Source: Candidatus Micrarchaeota archaeon
Lineage (GTDB): Archaea; Micrarchaeota; Micrarchaeia; Anstonellales; Bilamarchaeaceae
Reading direction: 5' to 3'
Assembly (NCBI GenBank): GCA_030648615.1
Contig: JAUSHJ010000042.1
Coordinates: 1-61,590, forward strand
DNA: 61,590 bases
Positions 57,269-61,590 of this stretch are shown one piece after another (positions within the stretch are counted from its first letter, which is position 1; every line of letters begins with the position of its first letter). The position numbers were made by a program, and so were the translations under genes. Below the pieces are notes generated by a model. The model did not search any database and had not been told where the DNA came from. It saw nothing but the letters and a program-made list of their open reading frames with translations.

Positions 57269-59593
57269 TTACCTGCAAATGGGTTCAGTAAGAACCATTT
57301 CTACTTCAGCAGGTCGTCTTGCAACGTGTACAGTGAAACTTGATTCTCCCTTACTAGCTAGTATCGATCCACGATCTGTTACGAAGTTTATTTCTCGCGT
57401 ACCAGAAGAATCCATGAAACTAAGTTCCGGAAGCCCAGAAAATGTTGACACTGGAACATAGTATGCTTTATCTTGAGCATATCTTCCATTGGGACTATCA
57501 CGATTAAGACTTGCATTTGCGATATCATAATTGAATGCTAGAACATCTGCATTTCCTGCTGACAGTCCTTTTCCTGCATCTTCTGAAATAAGAACTACGA
57601 ATGAATTACTTGTCTGTACTTCATTGGTTGCTGAAAAATCAAAACCAATAACATTGTTTAGACCTTGATCACCATAACCAAAAGCGATTACTCCCCCATA
57701 TTCTATAGTGCCACCTTCTCCAGCAGTGAAATAATCTACAGAACCTAATCCGCCTTGATTTACAGAACCTACGTAAGAGTATCTGCCACTATCAAGTTGC
57801 AATAGGACTGTACCTGGTTTAAGTTGAGGACTCTCTGGGAAACCGCTATCTAAAGGATTAGTTTCGAGTGGCACATTTCTATCCTGTCCATTATCAAACA
57901 GTATAACTAATTTACTACCAGTACCTGCCAAAGAAGAAAATGCATCATGGACAGAAGAACGGATTGTAAGATAACTGGATGCATTAACAAATGTAGATAT
58001 TACTGAGCCGTCTGGTCTAAAATTAAACCCACCATGTTCCGAAGTTACGCTTAAAGTATCGTAATCATTAGAATTTGATCTGTCCAAAGTGGTACCAAGA
58101 TAGGTTAAACTGAAGTCAAAAGGATTGCTTAGAATATTGACACCTGAACCAGGAACCATCCAGTCTGTACTAACATTTCTGTAAACTAATATTGATTTTA
58201 GATGATCAACTAAATCTGAACCGAGATCTTTGTTTCTCCAACCAAGAGTAACTATCCAATCCTGATTGTGCTCTCTTTCACCATTAACTTCGATAGTACT
58301 ATCACCATCTCTTAGAGTTATTTGATCGCTTAGAATAGACAGGTCTGCCCATGCCGTAGCTGGATCACCTGGAGAAATTTTGAATGTTCTTATAAGTATC
58401 TGTGTACCGCCATTGTCTAGTGTCAGATTTTGAGTTGAACCTGTTGCAATAGTACTCTGAGCTACTACAACATTAATTGCATCAATCAAGCTAATCGTTG
58501 CACGTATTTCTGAGATTACATCATCTAATCTAACTTTGAAACCGTTACCTGCATCTATTGAACCACCGACATTTACTCTTCCACCTGTGAATTCTTTGGA
58601 CAATTCAACAGAACCACCTGATTTAACCTGTGTTTCGTTATCAACAGTTCCAACTCCAGAAATATCCATTCCGGTAATAAGCCACTTTTCCCCGAGAAAT
58701 ATTACGCCCGCCCTATGATTAGAAGTTGCATTATCGCCAAATGATTCACAATTTGCCCAGCTACCGTTTGCAGAGTTATCACAAACTGGAATACCAAAAG
58801 CATCTGAAGTAAATTTTAATTGATAAATAATATCCCTAAAACGAACAGTTATTTGATCATCAGCATCACGATATGCCGATTCTGCACTAACCCACAAGTT
58901 TTGTTCTTCCTGATATGCGTGTCCTGAAGCATTATCCACAAGAATTACTGAACTAAATGGGACAAAAGAATCTCCAGATATTTTGTATAATGTAGTTGTA
59001 TTCTGTCCGATGTAACCGCCTTGACCATCGCTGAAAGGATTTGCAGTACTACTTGTTTCTGGTGTGGATAGATAATATTCTGACTCTCCGATACCTCGAT
59101 CTTCTAAAGTCCTGTCAACAGTTTCTCCGATGAGGCTTTTTATGCTTACATAACACGTAGGTTGAGGAATACCACCATCAGCAGTTGACCCGCCATCAGT
59201 AATTGGTCCGGCGTCTCCGGTTTCCTGTCCCGCATCTTGTATTGAGCCTGCATCGACAGCTCCACCATCTCGAGTCTCAGGCCCAGAATCTCGCGCTGGT
59301 CCAACATCACTACCACCATCAGTTCCACCGTCTTGAGTTTCGGGTCTTGTGTCTTGAGTCCTGAATCCTGAAAATGGAGCATCGGTAGATGAAGCAATTG
59401 CAACTCCCGCAGAATTATTATTAGTATGATTATTTCCGATCCCCGAATTCCTATCACTAACTTTAGTACCATTAAAATCATCCGGTTTATCATGCAACAC
59501 ACATGCCTGACTAAAAAATACTGTTGCTACTGTGGTTGCGGCAGCGACTGCTCGTTTAACTACGGTGATTGATTTTGAATGTAAAGTTTGCAT
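57269..59593 (-). CDS. large secreted or surface lipoprotein (paralogue 2)
   Basis: N-terminus 'MQTLHSKSITVVKRAVAAATTVATVFFSQAC', homologous to paralogue 1. Tandem 'xETxDGG' repeats. Shared 'GSTADGGI'. Confidence 0.55.
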   Translation of the reverse strand: MQTLHSKSITVVKRAVAAATTVATVFFSQACVLHDKPDDFNGTKVSDRNSGIGNNHTNNNSAGVAIASSTDAPFSGFRTQDTRPETQDGGTDGGSDVGPARDSGPETRDGGAVDAGSIQDAGQETGDAGPITDGGSTADGGIPQPTCYVSIKSLIGETVDRTLEDRGIGESEYYLSTPETSSTANPFSDGQGGYIGQNTTTLYKISGDSFVPFSSVILVDNASGHAYQEEQNLWVSAESAYRDADDQITVRFRDIIYQLKFTSDAFGIPVCDNSANGSWANCESFGDNATSNHRAGVIFLGEKWLITGMDISGVGTVDNETQVKSGGSVELSKEFTGGRVNVGGSIDAGNGFKVRLDDVISEIRATISLIDAINVVVAQSTIATGSTQNLTLDNGGTQILIRTFKISPGDPATAWADLSILSDQITLRDGDSTIEVNGEREHNQDWIVTLGWRNKDLGSDLVDHLKSILVYRNVSTDWMVPGSGVNILSNPFDFSLTYLGTTLDRSNSNDYDTLSVTSEHGGFNFRPDGSVISTFVNASSYLTIRSSVHDAFSSLAGTGSKLVILFDNGQDRNVPLETNPLDSGFPESPQLKPGTVLLQLDSGRYSYVGSVNQGGLGSVDYFTAGEGGTIEYGGVIAFGYGDQGLNNVIGFDFSATNEVQTSNSFVVLISEDAGKGLSAGNADVLAFNYDIANASLNRDSPNGRYAQDKAYYVPVSTFSGLPELSFMDSSGTREINFVTDRGSILASKGESSFTVHVARRPAEVEMVLTEPICR

Positions 59594-59687
59594 TAATTAT
59601 TCCCCTCATATTAGTTATAATTAATGTTATTATGTAGCAATTTATTTATAAATGTACCTATGGATAAGTATAAAAGGATAGTAGGAG

Positions 59688-59790
59688 GACAAATTGATAC
59701 AGAATTTGTACTGTTGTAAATTCGAGTAAATCTATTTTAGATTTACAACTGTTAAAAAAACAAATTTTTTAACATCGATAGAATTTACAG
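59688..59790 (-). repeat. MITE-like repeat, copy 4 (family A, inverted orientation)
   Basis: The reverse complement matches 12483-12592, including the TIRs and central hairpin. Confidence 0.6.
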
Positions 59791-59832
59791 TACAATTAAA
59801 AAATAAAATCAGCCTTCACGCAAGGGACTAAA

Positions 59833-60933
59833 ATGACTAGCACGACAACCAAGTTAAATGTGAAACCTCCGAATGGACAGGTTATCTTAGCATTGGAAGA
59901 ACGTGGATTCTGTGTTGGTCTTTCTTCAGATGGAAAAACAGTTAAAAAAGAATCTAGAGTTATCTCTGAACTACAAGATATCATTAATTCTTCTACAGTA
60001 ACATGGATAGACTACGTGGTCGAAGATTTCAAAAAAGACACTTTGAAAGTTGCAACTGAATTAGGATTTAGTGAATCTCTTATCAATAGTCTATTAAAAG
60101 CAGACAGAGGGGCGTATGAAGATTTAGATAGTGAAATGGGAATGATAATACCTGCAATAATAGTTGAAGGATTTGATGTAAAAGTAGATCCGCTCATGGT
60201 TCTCATAGGCAAAAATTTAGTCATTACTCTCCATACTACAGAGGTAAAGAGATTTTTCCGATTAAGAAGGTATGCAGAAACATTCATGAGAAAAATAAAA
60301 ATTACAATACCACTCAGAGATAAAATAACCTCCGTTCTAATAAGAATTATAGGTGAAAATAACAGTAGGAACTTTGACCATTTAAGAGAAATCGAAGAAA
60401 ACTCTGATAGATTGAGCAAAAAACTTTCAGATCCTAAAACTCCCAGAGAGGTAATTGGTAAAGAAATACACGAAATGAAACACGCATTAATCACTTACCT
60501 TACAGGACTATGGGAAACGGTGGATGTACTTAACACATTGAGATATGGAGATCCGGAATTACTAAGCGACGATCCTAAAATAATAGGAAGACTCGGAGCA
60601 CTTGTAACAGAAGTAAATAACCACATTGGATTAGCAGAGCATTTAAGCGAAGTATTAGCAAGCGGATTAGAGGTTGTACAAAGTATTTACAATAACCAGT
60701 TACAAATTCTTAACAACAAAATGGCATTGCTTGTAGCTTATCTTACTATCCTAGGTACTGCAGTTTTAGTTCCGAACACGTTAGCTACAGTTTTAAGCAA
60801 TCCTGTATATGGACTTACAATTGCTGATGAGGGATGGTTTACGGCACTAATTGTTATCTCTACAATAATCTCAATAATAGGATCATATTGGTGGGTAAAA
60901 AACAAGGGACTACTGCCTGAAAGAACAGATTGA
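59833..60933 (+). CDS. CorA-superfamily (MIT) divalent-cation transporter-like protein lacking the canonical GMN motif
   Basis: Cytoplasmic N-domain plus two C-terminal TM helices. The loop reads 'LSNPVYG' where YGMNF is expected. Confidence 0.5.
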   Translation: MTSTTTKLNVKPPNGQVILALEERGFCVGLSSDGKTVKKESRVISELQDIINSSTVTWIDYVVEDFKKDTLKVATELGFSESLINSLLKADRGAYEDLDSEMGMIIPAIIVEGFDVKVDPLMVLIGKNLVITLHTTEVKRFFRLRRYAETFMRKIKITIPLRDKITSVLIRIIGENNSRNFDHLREIEENSDRLSKKLSDPKTPREVIGKEIHEMKHALITYLTGLWETVDVLNTLRYGDPELLSDDPKIIGRLGALVTEVNNHIGLAEHLSEVLASGLEVVQSIYNNQLQILNNKMALLVAYLTILGTAVLVPNTLATVLSNPVYGLTIADEGWFTALIVISTIISIIGSYWWVKNKGLLPERTD

Positions 60934-60996
60934 AATTATTACAAATTTATTTAAGTTCTGTGTGAACGATCCGTTCACATCTATAAAACGAGCGTC

Positions 60997-61491
60997 TCAT
61001 TTTACATCCCTTAGCTCATCCACAATTCTAATCATATTTATCTTGCCATATTTCTCAATGTGAATTATGCCGGAATCTTCAAGCTTCTTTACTACCCTAT
61101 GTGCCTTAAGCCTGGACATGCCAGGCAATTTTGCAATTTCACTTTGAGTAGTCATACCATCTTTTTCTGTGAGCAGGTGCACTATTTCACGATCTTGGGG
61201 ACTGAGAAATTTCATTATTATACTGATATTAGTTTGTACAACTTTCTTTTGTTTTTCCAAAGTTGAGTTTAGAATGCTATAAACAACAAGACCAGATAAA
61301 ACTCCGAAGACTCCCATAATTACCATAAAGTGTAAATGATACATAAGAAAAGGTTCAAAGATAGATGGAACAGATTCCCCTGTGGATGAAAGTGCATATA
61401 CAAAAACCAGCACTGTAACTAGAAATATAAAGATAGATATTACCAATATACCAATTACCAACTTTTTCCTGACATCCATTTTATTCCCCAT
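60997..61491 (-). CDS. membrane-anchored winged-HTH transcriptional regulator
   Basis: Two N-terminal TM helices. C-terminal 'GMTTQSEIAKLPGMSRLKAHRVVKKLEDSGII'. Confidence 0.45.
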   Translation of the reverse strand: MGNKMDVRKKLVIGILVISIFIFLVTVLVFVYALSSTGESVPSIFEPFLMYHLHFMVIMGVFGVLSGLVVYSILNSTLEKQKKVVQTNISIIMKFLSPQDREIVHLLTEKDGMTTQSEIAKLPGMSRLKAHRVVKKLEDSGIIHIEKYGKINMIRIVDELRDVK

Positions 61492-61590
61492 TTGTTGTAC
61501 GTTGTTTCACTATTTTGTAACTTCTATTTAGACTTAAAAACGATTGTTTCACAAGTTAATATATATTGTTTCAGATAAATGATACATTAA

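Noticed and set aside
12400-59800. Considered whether the dispersed repeats form a CRISPR array.
   Set aside because: The copies are tens of kb apart, are not regularly spaced, and have internal TIR/hairpin structure typical of MITEs. No cas genes are present.
1-61590. Searched for rRNA genes, CRISPR repeats and integrase or transposase genes.
   Set aside because: None were recognised. The repeat elements appear to be non-autonomous.

Overview
This window is an AT-rich (roughly 35% GC) archaeal chromosomal segment. It is gene-dense, mostly housekeeping, and looks like a small-genome archaeon of the DPANN or Thermoplasmata type.

Recognisable core genes:
- Translation and RNA: gatD-gatE (overlapping), ArgRS, aIF1A, aIF2-beta, ribosomal S26e and L21e, RNase P Pop5, TrmI, YchF.
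- Transcription: TBP and RpoF (Rpo4) next to a DUF655 gene.
- Replication and repair: RFC large subunit, XPD helicase, topoisomerase IA, an RPA-like OB-fold protein.
- Metabolism: PurE, a PurL fused to two PurS-like domains, adenosylhomocysteinase, phosphoglycerate kinase, an Asp/Glu racemase.
- Other: Cdc48/VCP, Rio1, Bud32, CutA, a site-2-protease-like M50 peptidase, an SPFH protein.

Interspersed accessory content:
- Two VapBC-like PIN toxin-antitoxin pairs, plus a 5'-truncated PIN remnant.
- An AbiEi/AbiEii pair with a 44-nt tandem direct repeat over its start.
- A TrmB-type regulator.
- Tandem paralogous lipoproteins, and two large paralogous surface lipoproteins.
- A tandem pair of VirB2/TrbC-like small membrane proteins.
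- A degenerate KaiC-like ATPase.
- A GT-C glycosyltransferase.

Non-coding and structural observations:
- Two tRNA genes, Val(TAC) and Leu(CAA), both apparently carry introns at non-canonical positions.
- A MITE-like repeat with terminal inverted repeats occurs in at least four intergenic copies.
- A second family of multi-hairpin elements occurs in at least six copies. Their stems have a conserved one-nucleotide asymmetry, with CATTG on one arm and CAATTG on the other.
- One copy of that hairpin element sits in-frame inside argS. Another appears to have inserted, with a possible AAGT target-site duplication, after one of two tandem paralogous lipoprotein genes.
- A 29-bp inverted-repeat element is present in two inverted copies.
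- The NEMF/RqcH homologue is split into separately located NFACT-N and NFACT-R genes.
- There is a 600-bp ORF-free hairpin-rich region and a C9 homopolymer tract.
- No rRNA genes or CRISPR array were seen.
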